Source: Ylistrum balloti
Lineage: Eukaryota
Length of the DNA: 64,000 bases
Assembly: GCF_031769215.1 (NCBI RefSeq)
Contig: NW_026782440.1
Span: forward strand, 186,001-250,000
Reading direction: 5' to 3'
Part shown: positions 1 through 14,300 of the stretch, piece after piece
How the letters are laid out: the number at the start of each line of letters is the position of its first letter
Position numbering within the stretch: position 1 is the first letter of the stretch
Position numbers and translations under genes: made by a program
Notes under the pieces: generated by a model
Told to the model about the DNA's origin: nothing
What the model saw: only the letters and a program-made list of their open reading frames with translations
Databases searched by the model: none

Positions 1-500
1 GTATAAACATATGGTTGTTTACTATACGGACGCGCATTTCGTAAAAACGAGTTTGGTGGTAAGATCTTCCAACAGACCATTGATATACTGCGCCGCTCTT
101 GTGGCTGACTTGTTTTTGTTTTCATATAATCCTGAAGTTATTGAAGAGCTTATCAAAACAGGTTACAAAGACCTTGCCAACTCGTTTATTTCCCCTTCAG
201 ATATATTAATGAAGTCATGTCTAATAAACAAGAAATTTATAAATTAAGTCCAACATATATCCACCAAAACTGGGAATCAAAGATATGACATACTTTTCTA
301 CATCAGCTGCTTATTCGTTTTCATTGATGGATAGCAATATATCTACATCTCCAACCTTTGGTATTTTTACGCCACAATTGATTCGATATTCACGAGCCTG
401 TTACCATTATCACGATTGCAGGTTGTTGAAAATTGTGCGGAAGTTTGATGGTCGCCATCGTCTTCTCATTGAGAAACGTTCTAGTTCTTTGTGTGACATG
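1..500 (+). mobile_element. Degraded Penelope-like retroelement reverse transcriptase fragment
   Basis: Frameshifted pieces FGGKIFQQTI, CAALVADLFLFSY and MDSNISTSPTFGIFTPQLIRYSRAC resemble the Penelope-like RT consensus (QQTIGIPMGTNCAPLLADLFLYSY; NIPSSPAYGVYISQLIRYARAC). Confidence 0.7.
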
Positions 501-2367
501 AACCTAAACGTATTTGATGCTCGTGGGTGTCTTTTAAACACTTGCTGAGGGGTTAATACTAATTCCAAGTTAATGTATTCATAAAAATATCCATTGTTGC
601 AATTTCAACATTCCAATGACGTCATGTTGTTTACAACGGCCGTGTGTCTTCTGACAAATTTCTTTATTCTCGCGATTTCTAGTATTTTTGTTATCTTGTG
701 CGATATCATTTGCAACGAAAATTTTAGCACTATCGTATGATAGGAAAAGTAAATGCATTTAAAGTATGAATAAACGAATAACGGTTAATTCGTCATTAAA
801 GTTCAATGTCAACACCTTGAACAACATCGGGTGTCAAAGTTTGAAAGGACTTCTTTAGCATGTGTAATCATCAAATCGAATAATAAAGTATACATAAGGG
901 GAAAAGGCCGTAGATCTGTAATGTTAAACTTCATAGCAACGATGTTCATTTCATGACGTGTTTCTCTTGCAATATAGTACATCAAAAAAGTTGAAGAATT
1001 CCAAAACACAAGAGCAACATGAATGATGCCAAAATAATTGTACAGGCTCAACTTTTCCGGGTATGTGTAATTTAACTGGACACTTGAGTAGATACTACAT
1101 TCAAAATTATGAAGTTACATGTTGGAGGAATTATAAGTTTTCCGACATATTATGTAAATATCCAGAAATGTGCGCAAATCGGAAACCTGGCTGATTAATC
1201 TGAGGCAAATTACTTGCATTCTACAACGAGATACAACTGCCCCTAAATATGGGTGCATTACTCTTAATAACTTAAAAAGTAAATGGAAATGAGGATGTGT
1301 GATATATGAACGAAGGTTGCGGCAGTAGAAATATCCGAGTGGTGTTAGTGCTACTCCATTTTCAGGTCACATGACCTACCGGAAGGAACGATAACTAGAT
1401 GATGTAATGTATATACATACAGCTCATAAAAACGGTAGGCTACAGATACGTGGAGGATCATTATTTAAAGAGATCACTTTTTTGTTTTAGCAGTGCTACA
1501 TTAACACCATTGCGTGATTTTTATTTTAGCAAGTCGATATTGTATAAAGGTCTCTATATCATCCATATACATTTTACATATGTTCATTATCCAACCATGA
1601 CTTTTATATGGTGTATTTTCCCCATCTAAAGAGAAACATAAACCAGAATTCAATCAAGTGATGTTTACATGACTAATATTCTACCTTATTAATATTTCAT
1701 GCAGATTACTTCATTATTATCCTTAAAATGGATGAAAAGTCAATATATATCTACAGGGCAAGTGCTTTATTACACGAGCGACTTAATAACGCATGTATTC
1801 CCGAATTATTCTCAATAAAGATATCATATATTAGAGGGAAGAATTTCTCTACATTTAGTCTTAAATCGAAGTTGATAATCGGCACATGAATTGTTAACGT
1901 TCTTAATGAATGATTCATGTACTTGAACCAGTTAGTTTAATGTTCAATGGTATGATTAGCGTCAGCTTCGCATCATACTAGATACATTTTAACCACATGT
2001 GGCGATGGAATTAATATCTAAATGCCAGTGAGATACATATCCACAATATTATCACAAAACATTCTTAAATTAACTAGTCATTAAATAATGTTCATCGGAG
2101 TGCCTCAAGTGCTTTTTAATTTAAGGATGTATGTAACTTCCTCACTTATCAGATTCATTACTAGTATTCCATTGCCCTTTATTACAACACCCCATTCTAG
2201 TATCATGAAGCAATACTGAACTGACTGGATTATCAATGCACTCTGCGAGTGCTTAACGTTAAAATTAGCCAAACAATTAACAATGTAAACATTTGCACAG
2301 TAGATTGAAACGAAAAGATACTTAAATATTATCGATCCAAACCCTATGTTAATATCAACATCCTCAC

Positions 2368-5300
2368 CTGCATGAAATAATACCGCTCGACAGTTCCGAC
2401 AAACTGCTGCTTTTCCTTGGGCTTGTGTCATACCGAAAAGCATTGATCTTATTCTGGTTAAAGAAATTTTGTACATACGCATCCTAAACAGAACAAAGGA
2501 AACAGTAATTTTTCATTAATATCCACCATATTGTTACATATTGATATACAATAATGTGAATTTAGCGCAATGACATTTTTTGGCAAATTAACGAAATTAT
2601 GAATTCTTATTGCTTATGAACAAGATACATAACGATAGGAAGCGTATTATTGTATGTTATCGCAATGTTTTAAGTGCGAAAATTGTTACACTAAAGTTAC
2701 CGCTAAATGCACTTTCTACAGTAATAACACCACAATCAGCAGAACATGAAAAGATAGCAGCTGAGGCTTTGACGTTTGATGCTACTGGAAAATAGAAAAA
2801 AAAAGACAGAATGAATATTTCAAAGGCAGTAATGAGTACAGAAGCATACCAGTGGCAGCATTCTAGTTAGAGTGAATGGATATAAAATCACGGGCTAAAT
2901 AGAGATTTGCCAAAGTTGTGCCTTACTGCAAGAAACAAAAAAATATATAAACTGAAATGGAATATCAGACAAAGATTCGTTTAACACAAACTCACGAACA
3001 CAAATGTATCGGTACGTTATGTTAAAAATGACAAGTCGATAGTTTATCTGAGCCATTGTTTTCCATGCCTTTCATATTTCGCGGTTGGGAATAATATTAT
3101 GTTAGTTCAATAACAGTTAGGATTCTACATGTTATTTATGGGCAGTGGGATGGTCTTATCAATTTTGCCGGAAATATCGGAACATCATAAAAGTTTTTTT
3201 CTTATAAGAGAACACTTAGTTTTAGTTGTTTCAATATCTCCCGAAAAGAGCAAAAATGTATTTCTACGAAGAAAAATTAAGTCCTTGTTCTGAAATATCT
3301 CTATTTGATAAAGAACATTCAATCTGGAGTTCGACTTTAACATAAAGTCAGACCACGAAGAATTTTTGGCTTTACACATCATATCAAAATACACTATAGG
3401 ATGTAACAGTATGTTTGGGTATAAAGTTTCGAAACCTAGGGGATGAATCGTGATGAATGGAAGTTGGTTGACGGAGGGTGAATAGTACCATTCAACTAGA
3501 TACATGGAACAAAAGAACGAATTCAACTGCATGCCATTGTATGTGATACTATTGGCCCTAATTTAAAATAATTTTTCAAATCTAATTGTTGATGTGCTAT
3601 ATCCCGTTATTTAATTAATTTCATCTTTTCGATATCATGTGAAGCTTAAGTGAAGTGCACGTTAAGAGGTTATCGAATCAATCCGCATCTACATTTCATT
3701 AGCTTTATTTCATCTGTAGTTTCTCTAATGATCAAAATGTGATAGAAAAGGCGTTCAGTGTGTATCAAAGACTTCAAATGAATCCGCCTAATCATTGCGG
3801 TATTACAAACATTTTCGACATCCTAAACACAATCACAATACTGGAGGCGTTTATCAAAAATGAAGACGTTCTCCTGGTATGCATCGCAACTGATATAAAG
3901 AAATCTATATTCAATATTCAAAGGACATTCACAAGACGATTAAAAACCAACAAGTGAATGTAATCTTAATCCAAATTCAATAAACTCGCAGAAAACATAA
4001 GGAAAAGAAGGATTTACAAGGGAACGAGTATACGACTTATGTGTCATCAATAACGCCCGTCATGTAAACCTTCATAAATCTAAGTACATAATGTCACGTT
4101 CTCAATGAGAGTAAGGTATACAATTATAGAATTAATCGGCAAACTAACGAGCATCAAACATGTGCAGCTTAAATATCGCAGACGGAAATAGAATATTTCT
4201 CGAAGGGATCACTATAACGACCGTTTTCGAATAATTTTGATCAGCATGCATCTCTTGAAATACTTCGTTATGAGATTGTCTATTCTTCCCCAAACATTGT
4301 GATACTGGGAACAGACCCTTGAAGTTCGATATTTAACTGCGCCACAGAAAGTTTAATCTCATGATATCAAATTAAAAATACATGTATAGGACGATTGTTT
4401 TACGTTCTCAAATGCATGTGGATGAGGTAAAAGATTGAAAAAAAAACATATATCACTTTGAATTTGCACAAACATTGTTAAAAACCTGAAACTGTTAAAA
4501 TAAAGTACCTTTAATGTGTCATTCATCTAATATCTAATTAAATGTCATTCCGCTAGATTAACATCTTGCATCGTCACGAAAGATTGTGTGCAGAGGTCCC
4601 TACTGCACAGCAAATTGACAATGAACCGACATGGTTACGAAGACTTAGAAGTCAATATCATACAATAAAACCGTTTGTATCGTTTAATCTTACTAGATTA
4701 CCCACCCTGAAAAATCTATTTTTTATTGTGAAAACCATACAACTTAACCGTGTTTAATTTGCTGTTTTTTTTTTCAAATATGGATTAACTTCAAAGAGGG
4801 ATTTGATAAAGGATACAAGTTAGCAACATCATATGGTCCTCGGATGGATGAAGCCTGCAAAAAAAGCCGATGTCATGATCCTTACTAAGCGCCAGAAGTT
4901 TACATTTCTGTTATACATTTGATTTTTATATATCTTCCATGTCTACACGATGCACAGTTCACCTAATAGTTACATTCTACAACTTTACAACAACTACTCT
5001 TCATTGTATTTACGGGATGGGAGAAATTGAATTATGTTCTTTCTATATATGATAGACCTGAATAGCAGTAATAAACACGAAAATGGTGAATATCTCAACA
5101 GACACACAAATGTCACATTTAGGACGGAATATATTGGTGAATTGATAGACCAATCATTTGAATATTATAGGTGAAATGTTTACCTGTTCACATCCACTTG
5201 ATAAAATCAGATTCTGTAAATAAAAAACATGATCGCTTTATTTATATGAAAATGTAGGAATATATTTGCTATCTTTTCAAATACTTCGGATGCCCTACTG

Positions 5301-8300
5301 TATTCTCATCTCTTCATTCTGTCTTCAAATTGCTATGGATAGCGATTTTGGGACAGTCTATTCAAATGTTTCTAACTTCAGTCAGACACTTTCAGGGTAA
5401 CTCTTTATACTCAAAATCTCAAAATTAAAAAGCACATATATCCAAAAATATGATAATGTCATAATGAAACTATACAAATGCACGTGATATCAATACGTTT
5501 CATCACTAAGTATCAAGAAAAAATACTTCATACAATATTAAAGTAATAGTATGTGATAACATTTTTTATTATGATTGTCTTTTCGATTATTATTATATAA
5601 AGTATCATTATTATTGATGGTTGGTACTTTAAATTCACGAATAGAGTATATGTATAGATTTCATATAGATTAAAAGAAATAATGAAAAAAAACAAATATA
5701 ACAAATAAAAATAAAAACCATATCCAGAACTTTTGTGATTAAAAGTCTTCAGTCATGGCCATTGTTTAATTCTTACAGTCACTGGTTATGAGACGACATA
5801 AAGTGTTTATCTTGGCCTTCTGTTTGTCTTTATAATATACACGTGTATGTAAAAAAGTATTTACACAAGTTGTTAGACATCACTTACCTTTCCTTTACAC
5901 ACACTGACCAATGATTGTATGTTGCTGATCATATGTACCCTCGCACTCGTATCCATGACAGCAGGACTGTAATTGATCTCGAAATGTATCCCTCTCTCTA
6001 TGGCCTTGTGAATACAAAACGTAGATGCAAACAGTGGACCATTTCAAGACAATTCCTACTCTCTGTTTAACCTCTTATATTGGCTTTAATGAACTGTATT
6101 AGAGAGTCTGCACAGACTTGGGCCAAAATGAGAACACTGTGTGTAAATATTTTTCATAAAGTATGTCTAAAATACAAAAATATCGACCAAAATACAACAA
6201 TCATTTATAAAATGTCTCAAAGTGAGCGACATGTATTTGGTAAAATTTTCGTAGGTTTTTACTTAGAACTGAAAAGAAGCAATATCGTTAAAATGTCAGC
6301 ATAGAATCTTAATTGATATTGAACTTCAGTGTCATAAATAACATTTTAACATCTTTATAATGAAATAAAGTATCATTTATCTTTAGATAATGTAATATAT
6401 TTTGAATTTTGTATCCTTGTATTTCAAATTGTGATTTAAATGAGTACAAGGAGGACATAGTCATCAAGACCTCTCCCTCTCATTGGTAAAATATATACAT
6501 TCAAAGTGAGCAACATGGAAAACTAAAGTTTTAAAAACCGTTTAATGATCATGTTCAGTTTAACGTTGCGTTGAAAGAGACCAATATAATAACAATTTAG
6601 AAGCAAAATACTGTGAATATTAAAATAAGCTTATTATACCTTTATATTCAGAACATTTCTCACTTAATGCCAGTGATACTGGATCAATCAATGATTCTAT
6701 TACTAAGTATGACAAAACAGTGAATGGTTTACACACATCAATAAAATACAATACGGCATCTAATAGTCAGCTATGTAAAATTGCATGAAAGTTACTATCA
6801 GTAAAACAAATCATACCCGGCGATAGCGCAACTTCTAAAAACACCTTGTAGATTTACTATCATTGTTTTATTAGGACTTTTCACCAACTGGTGAAAGGAC
6901 CTTTTGTTATTGTTGTGTTTCTTATCATTATTAGAATTATTCCATGATTTTGTGGCGTCTAAGTCTCTGAATCGGTACGAGAAGTGTGTATAGTCTTATA
7001 AAGATCATTTATTATTACTTCTGAAGATATTCTGTGCAAAGCAATAAGCCATTCAGGTTACAGCTTCCACATTAGAAATTTGCAAAACTAGCCGATAATC
7101 AAACTTAAGAGAGTGGTTACGGTACCAAGTCTGCCAACAAGTCTCATAAAAAATTGATTATTCCTTTGAAATAGGTGTTGAAAGCAATCATCAAGACTGT
7201 TTCAAGAAATCGGTAAAAAAAGGTAAGAGCACCATGATTAAATATACATGGGATTCACGGTTGATCGAACTTTGGTGAGGAGATTATGTATCAAGTTTAA
7301 CAAGCAAGTCTTTTCAAAATTTCTTTGTTCCTTCCAAAGAAAACGTGTGGAAAGCATTCAATTAGAGTGCCGAAAGATATCAGTCAATCAGGTCACGGCA
7401 TTCTCTTAATGTGCATAGAAGTTGCCAATAATCGAACCTGGACAAGGAATAATGGCAATAAGTCTACAAAGCAAGATTCCTACAAAATCCTACATAGAGT
7501 GATTAAAAGAAATCCGTTAATCAAGCCATAGCAGGACGGACAGAACAGATGGCGGGATAAAAAGGAAGGTACAGATGAGAACCTCAACATCAGAAAAGCT
7601 CAAATGATTTCTCTAGAAACGTGACAGTCAGTCACAAAAATACACTATCCTATTCTACATGATTGTGTCCTAACAATGTTCATATCATACACATTTTACA
7701 CAATAGTGCTTTTCTTAAAATTAATTCAGAAATTGTTACTCAGATAACAAGGTAAAAATACTTCCAGATCACTTATTTTCCAATCCTGTCCATCTCGGAG
7801 ACAAGCCCACTCAAGACCGACAAGACATGCAATAATTGTAATTCATTTAAATATCGAATTAATTCTCGCTTTTGTTACTGTCTAGGGGATGAGAAAACTT
7901 AAACCAGATTCATACGATTATCCTCACGAAATGAAATTGAACGAGAAGAGAATGGCAATACATGAGAAAACTTAATTAGTCACATTTGTATTTTATCTTC
8001 CTCTGACCACTCCATGACAACAACATTACACATTGAGAGTGATTTGTAGGGAGGGCATTAAAATCAGGTCTTACCGTATTCACAGAAGGTCTTTTGATAA
8101 AGTATGGTAGTTTCTGTGTAACGTCGATGATAATGATGTCTATATCAAGTGTCAAGCAAGCCAGCTGAAAGTTAACGGTAAAAAGGAAAATCACATCTTG
8201 AACAAGAAACCTAGTCACATTGGATAATGAAAAACCGTTACAATCCCTGGTAAAATGATAAATGCAGTAGATCTCCGATAATTCGATTGAAAAAAGATAA

Positions 8301-11300
8301 GAACACAAGTGTAGCATATACGATTGACAGGTGTTTTGGGGGAACATTTCCTGTGGCAGCACATATTTTCTTTCGTGATAGCGATAGCTGGTGCGGTAAA
8401 TTTCGTTAATGTTTTGTGTTTTTTATTGCCTCTACGTTCACGGATGCATAAGAAATCGTGAATATTTCACAACTTTTAAAAATAACTTGAGACATTTCTG
8501 GTCTATTTTATGATTTATGTGAAGTGTTTAGTGACTCGCTGAACCATCTAAAGATTTAACTGTATTCGAAATTGCTATGAGTAATTTTTGTGATAGGAAA
8601 TAGCTATTTTCATTATCTTAAATTTCAAGTAAGCCTTTGTCATCAAATACCCGTTAATGCTAACATCGATTTCAAGGCTAAAGTTGTTTAACAATTAGAG
8701 TTAACCTGTGATTAATGAAAAAATTTTGCCAATTTTCATTCAAATCTGATGAATAAAATTAATCGGAAGACACCGAGACCTAAAACACTTCAAATTTATC
8801 AATCCGGCCATCCAATAAATAAAAATATGATAAAATAAAGAATGTTCCCGATGTATCACTAACCATTGATCATCTCTAACAAGCATTTGAACAACCAGGG
8901 CAAACACGCAACGTACAACAGTTCAATTCACATAAATATGTTTCCTTTAATGATGGGCTACACAATAAAATCAACTATGAATAGTTGTCTCTTTCAGGTT
9001 CATTATACACAAATCACCTTCCTGACATACTGTCTCATTCTCTACAATAAATTACTCACATGAAACGTTTTTTCTGAAGTAGGTTGAACGGCCACCAAAT
9101 CAAATCTCTGGACGTTTTCTTGGGCCTGAAATGAATTAAGCATTTTCACATGTCAGTCTTCTGTAAAGCACTAGATTAGACACTTGTGAACTACAAATAA
9201 GTGGTGTCCGTGCGCCTGTCTAGATCTTCCTCGCAGTCTCTGGAGAGTTCAAGAGCACTTCAATTTGCTATTGAGTGTTTTCATTATTAATTAGCACTGA
9301 CCTTGCAGAACCTGTCTACCTACTGTCAATTGTTTTGATCCCCGCCTTCCCTTTCGAAACACTGCAGGAACAAGTTCAGATTATGTCCTTTGCACCTGTG
9401 ACGAGCCGAGGCAGGAGGAAACAGCTGTATGATGTAGCTCAATTCTCTAAATTTGTAATGAAAGTGCTCCTCACTTACAATCTTATATGCTTTGCAGGCT
9501 ATATGTCGTTTGTGTCAACTTCAACATATATTAAAAAGAAATATAACAATTTTGAACAGATGGTGTTTTAATTTTGAATGTTTTTTTATGTTGTTGTGAA
9601 GGTGAATAATTCTGTTATTACCAATATTGTTTTCGTATATATCACTGAGCAATAGAAAGTGATACTCCATAATGTACTAAATTTTTGTTTACTTGAAAAT
9701 GTGGCATAATATTAACATGGATCATCAAATGTATTATAAATAAACTTAGCTACAGAGACATAATGGGACATTTATGATCTATACTACTCACGATTTGATA
9801 GGGATTTTTTTTAATGTGTAACGGTATCTATTTTAAAAATATATTCTACAGTCCAATTTATATATATTTCGGCATTATGAGATGATGATTTAACAACACC
9901 AAGCTAAAAATAACAGTATTAATTTGCTTCAATGCTCATTGTACACAGATACAAATTACGACAAACGCGGTGAAAAATTAAGTCCTACGAAACAGTGTTG
10001 TTCAGCGAAAAATACAGTGTTAGTATCGAGTATAATGACCTCCAGCATCAACTTCGCTCTGGCAGCGGCGGCGCATGCTTCTGATCAAGTCTCGTATCCG
10101 GTTTTGGGGAATACTTGTTCATTCAGCGACGAGAGCTGCTTGAAGTTCCTGAAGCGTTATAGGTTGAATGTTTCTGGCCGAAACAGCGTTCTGAAGCATG
10201 TCCCACACGTGTTCTATAGGATTGAGATCTGGAGATCGGGATGGCCAGTCCATCCTCTCAATTGTTTCCCTTTCCAGATACTGTTCAGTCACACGAGCTC
10301 TGTGTTGTCGCGCATTATCGTCCATAAGAATGAATTCTGGACCTATAGCACCAGCATAAGGCCTGACGTACACGTCCAGGACTTCGTCACAGTACCTCTG
10401 TGCAGTCAAGCTGCCATTAAGGAACACATGGAGGTCGGTCTTGCCTTGCATGCTAATGCCACCCCAAACCATAACAGATCCACCACCGTATCAGTCATGT
10501 TGGGAAACGTTAGCGGCATGGAACCTCTCATTTGGTTAGCGCCACACCCTGGCACGTCGATCAGTGAAATCTAAGAAAAATCTAGACTCGTCTGTAAAAA
10601 GTACGGGGGACCAGTCCTGGAGGTTCCAATTCACATGATCACAAACCCAAGCAAGTCTAGCTTGAACATGTCGTAACGTAAAAGGAATTCTCACAACAGG
10701 TCTACGCGACCTTAAACCAGCATCATGAAGTCTATTTCTCACAGTTTGTGTGGAGATACGAGTTCCGGTGGCATTCTGGAAGTCATTACGTAGTGACGTA
10801 GCGTTGATGAACCTTTGACGTCGAGCTGCAATAACAAGATAGCGGTCTTGACGCTGCGAGGTAAGTCGTTCCCGACCCCCACCATGTCTTCTGGAGACAG
10901 TTCCATAATATTGGTAACGGTTCCACATACGGGACACAACACTCTGGGACACACCAAGGTCATTGGCCACCTCCCTTTGTGACCTACCAGACTGGATCAT
11001 ACCAATGCCCCTGTCCATATCTGAAGTGCTTAGACGTCTTCTAGCCTGCTGTCGGGGCATTTTGAAACGATTTAAATTCAAAATGTAAAGCAAAAAGCGA
11101 GATATTCTGCCACAAACGTATTGATGACAATCTGCACGTAGGAGGCTCGTGCATGTACACGTTACGTGTAGGCGTTACAGGTGACTGACCACATAAACAC
11201 CCGATACACATAGACCTCGGTACAGATATAAACCAATAAATATAAGGAATACTTATTATTTTATTTTAAAAGAAAATTTTGCTAATTATTTGGTGTGATC

Positions 11301-14300
11301 CCTATCAAATTGTGAGTAGTATATATATATATATCAATTACATTTATATTTTCAACCTATATCAAACAGGTTTATTAATAACAATGTTTACAGAGCTGAG
11401 ATGTGTCCTACTACTAATATCAGGGGGTAAAGTACGATTCATTGTATCGGTGGTGTGGTGTAAGACAAAAAAGGGACCGTTTCAGTGTAATCTTTGTATG
11501 ACTGTGAACGATCCAGAGAACATGGATGTTTTTTTACTGAGGTGTCTATTGCAATTACTCTACATGGGATGGCAATCTTATAGTGTAAGGTCACAAATTT
11601 AATCTTAAAACATTTCTCATTGGACAAGAAAGAAGAACATATACAATGTACCAACAGGTCAATATTAGCATAATCCAAACTCAAATTCAATCAATCTTGT
11701 GGAAAAAAGAGAGAGATTTACATGGATACTCCTGAAATTGTACAAAGAGAATACTGCAAGGCGTTCTGGATGAGTAAGCATCTACTACTTCATCAATGAC
11801 AACCGCCGTGTAAATTTGTGTCTATCGAGACATGTTTTCAAATTAGAACAAGTCACATCATGTACGCAACAAGTTTGAATCCTCAAACCTAAAACTGAAG
11901 TTACCCATAGTAGCTTTACATAGAATGGATATATTTGAAATGTTACATAATTATTAGCATGTGTACATTGTATGACTGTTATGTTTTAGCAGTATTGCAA
12001 TCAAAGGTAATCTTTATAGAGCAGTTATTGTTTAACATTAAATCTGTTACATACAAATTCTGTTTTTTACTCCATTCTTTCATCCAATCAACAACAAAGA
12101 CATGAATTTCATCTTGAATATTTATCTATTCATTTCACACAACAATACACAGATAGGAATAGTAGTTTTCCTGCACCAAGAATTTAAATTACTTCTATGT
12201 GTTTCATCACATATTTGGAATTTTATACATATGTACAATATATTGTACATCAATCTGATGGTTCTTTTGTTTCATAAAATCGTCACAGCTGTAACTTTAA
12301 AAAACAATCATAAACCTTCAAAAATCATACCATAGGAGAACAAAACACATCACTGAAAGTCACAGAACTTGTGAAATACAAAAATTGATTCTTATGTTGA
12401 TACCAGTGGCAACCAGATTTGATTACATCTGGCATCATGAAAGTCACAACCACATCTTGCTTACAGTCTTTTATCTACATACCGTAAATCACTCAAATTT
12501 CATGGACTTGTTTTCTTATTGATACCACAGGAAAGCCTATCCTAAATGTAAATCTCTTGTGGTAATAAACTGTTAATCCATGATGCTATTTTTGTGTTGG
12601 AAATTGCTGAACTCTGTATGTGTCATTACAGCTTAAAAGAGACCACACCACATCTGTGCAAGTAACCTAAAAAAAACTTTGTTTCTTGCATATATAGATA
12701 TATAGCTAAATAGCACTATCAGCAAGAAAGGATTTAGAAACAAAACACAAAATAAGGGCAACAACCTCTCCTGATACAACCACCCATTATCTGAGTTTTC
12801 GGATACATGCGCATGTCCCTGTGCAATTACAAATCTCAACTTTACAAAGATCCAAGATCAAAGGAAGGGAATTGTTAATTTTGGTCATTCTGTGATGATC
12901 CTTGATATCTACAGTAAAATACTTAAACGCCAATTCAGGAATGTATCATACATATATATGTAATACATCCCTAGTTAGTTGCTTCGTATATACTATTCAA
13001 ATAAATGGTTGAGAATGGGTGAAGGGATGTAAATATAAGAAGTTTGCTTTCAAAGTTCTTGAAAACTCAGTTTGAGATCCAAAACTCTAGATATGAAATA
13101 AGTATCATGTTTTCATAATTAAGATAATGCCAAAAAGTGATACAAGAACCATAGGCCATGTATTGTTCACCTAGCTTTGACTGAATGCCATTGCTTCGTC
13201 CCATCATTTTATATAAAACTGCTTTCAATTTGCTCAAGGATGCATCAGACCAAATTTGGGCAAAATTCAATCACTCCCATAGAAGAAACAAGATTTTAAA
13301 GAATTTGCTCTATTTCTCCTACTGGGCTCTATCCTTTTCAAGGTCAAGACCCACCATTTATACAAAATTGATTCCCTTTCATCCAAGAATGTTTCAGGCC
13401 AAGTTAGGGTAAAATCAATCCATTCCTGCAGAAGTAGTAGGATTTCCAAAATTTACACTATACCCCCTCTTGGGCCCTGTCCCATCCACCCAAGGAAGGA
13501 ACAAGACTCAGCATGCTTCAGGGGCAGGGACCAACCATTTAGAACAAACCTGAGTCTCTTTCACACAATGATACTTCAGATCAAACACTTATTTCTATGG
13601 AAGAAGAAAGGTCTTTGTTTGTGTTTGTTCTTTTTCCCATATTTCGCCCATTATTTATACAAAAAAGATTTCACTTCACAAATGCATGCTTCAGACCAAA
13701 TTTAGATGATACCCAGACATTTCTACAAAAGAAAAGGGATATTAAAAAATGTGCTATATTTCTCATATTTGGTCTTGCCAATTCTAGCCCAAGGGGGTTT
13801 CTGAGACCCATCCTTTAAACAAAATTGAGTCCCTTTCAACCAAAGATGCCTCAGACCAATTTGGGCAGCATCTATCCAATTCTAAAGGAGGAGTTGGATA
13901 TTAAAGAACTTACAAAATTTTCTACTTTTGGCCCTGCACCTCGGACCCCTAGGGAGTTCGACCCAATATTTAGTCAAAATTTGTTCCTTTTTTCTTGAGG
14001 ATACTTCTGACCAAATTTAGTTAAAAACTGCAGAGTTATTTATGACAAGAAGTGATTTGAAAGAAAAGTTGATGGATGACAGATGATGGAAAATGATGAC
14101 CCAGCTCTTTTGGATCGGGTCAGCTGAATTCCTGCTTTAGGTCTACCCAGTTATTTGAATTGACTGGAAGTTTACTGAAATAGCTTTAAACTACAAATGT
14201 ATTTATTAAACAGTTCAACATTCACTTTAACATCATTTCGGTGGCGGATAGGTGACACAGACACACATATGGCTGTCCATCACCATGACCTCCAACTGCA

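Noticed and set aside
2105-2367. Read-through of RPP30 exon 10 as an extended terminal exon (GEDVDINIGFGSII...)
   Set aside because: A good donor (CAG/GTGAGG) sits at the intron position conserved with human, and the extension is low-complexity and AT-rich.
7889-7975. 13-bp direct repeat ATGAGAAAACTTA flanking ~60 bp
   Set aside because: No TIRs or poly(A) tail inside; AT-rich, so it could be chance or a small local duplication.
9924-10574. 216-aa plus-strand ORF
   Set aside because: Antisense shadow of the Tc1 transposase; no recognisable motif.
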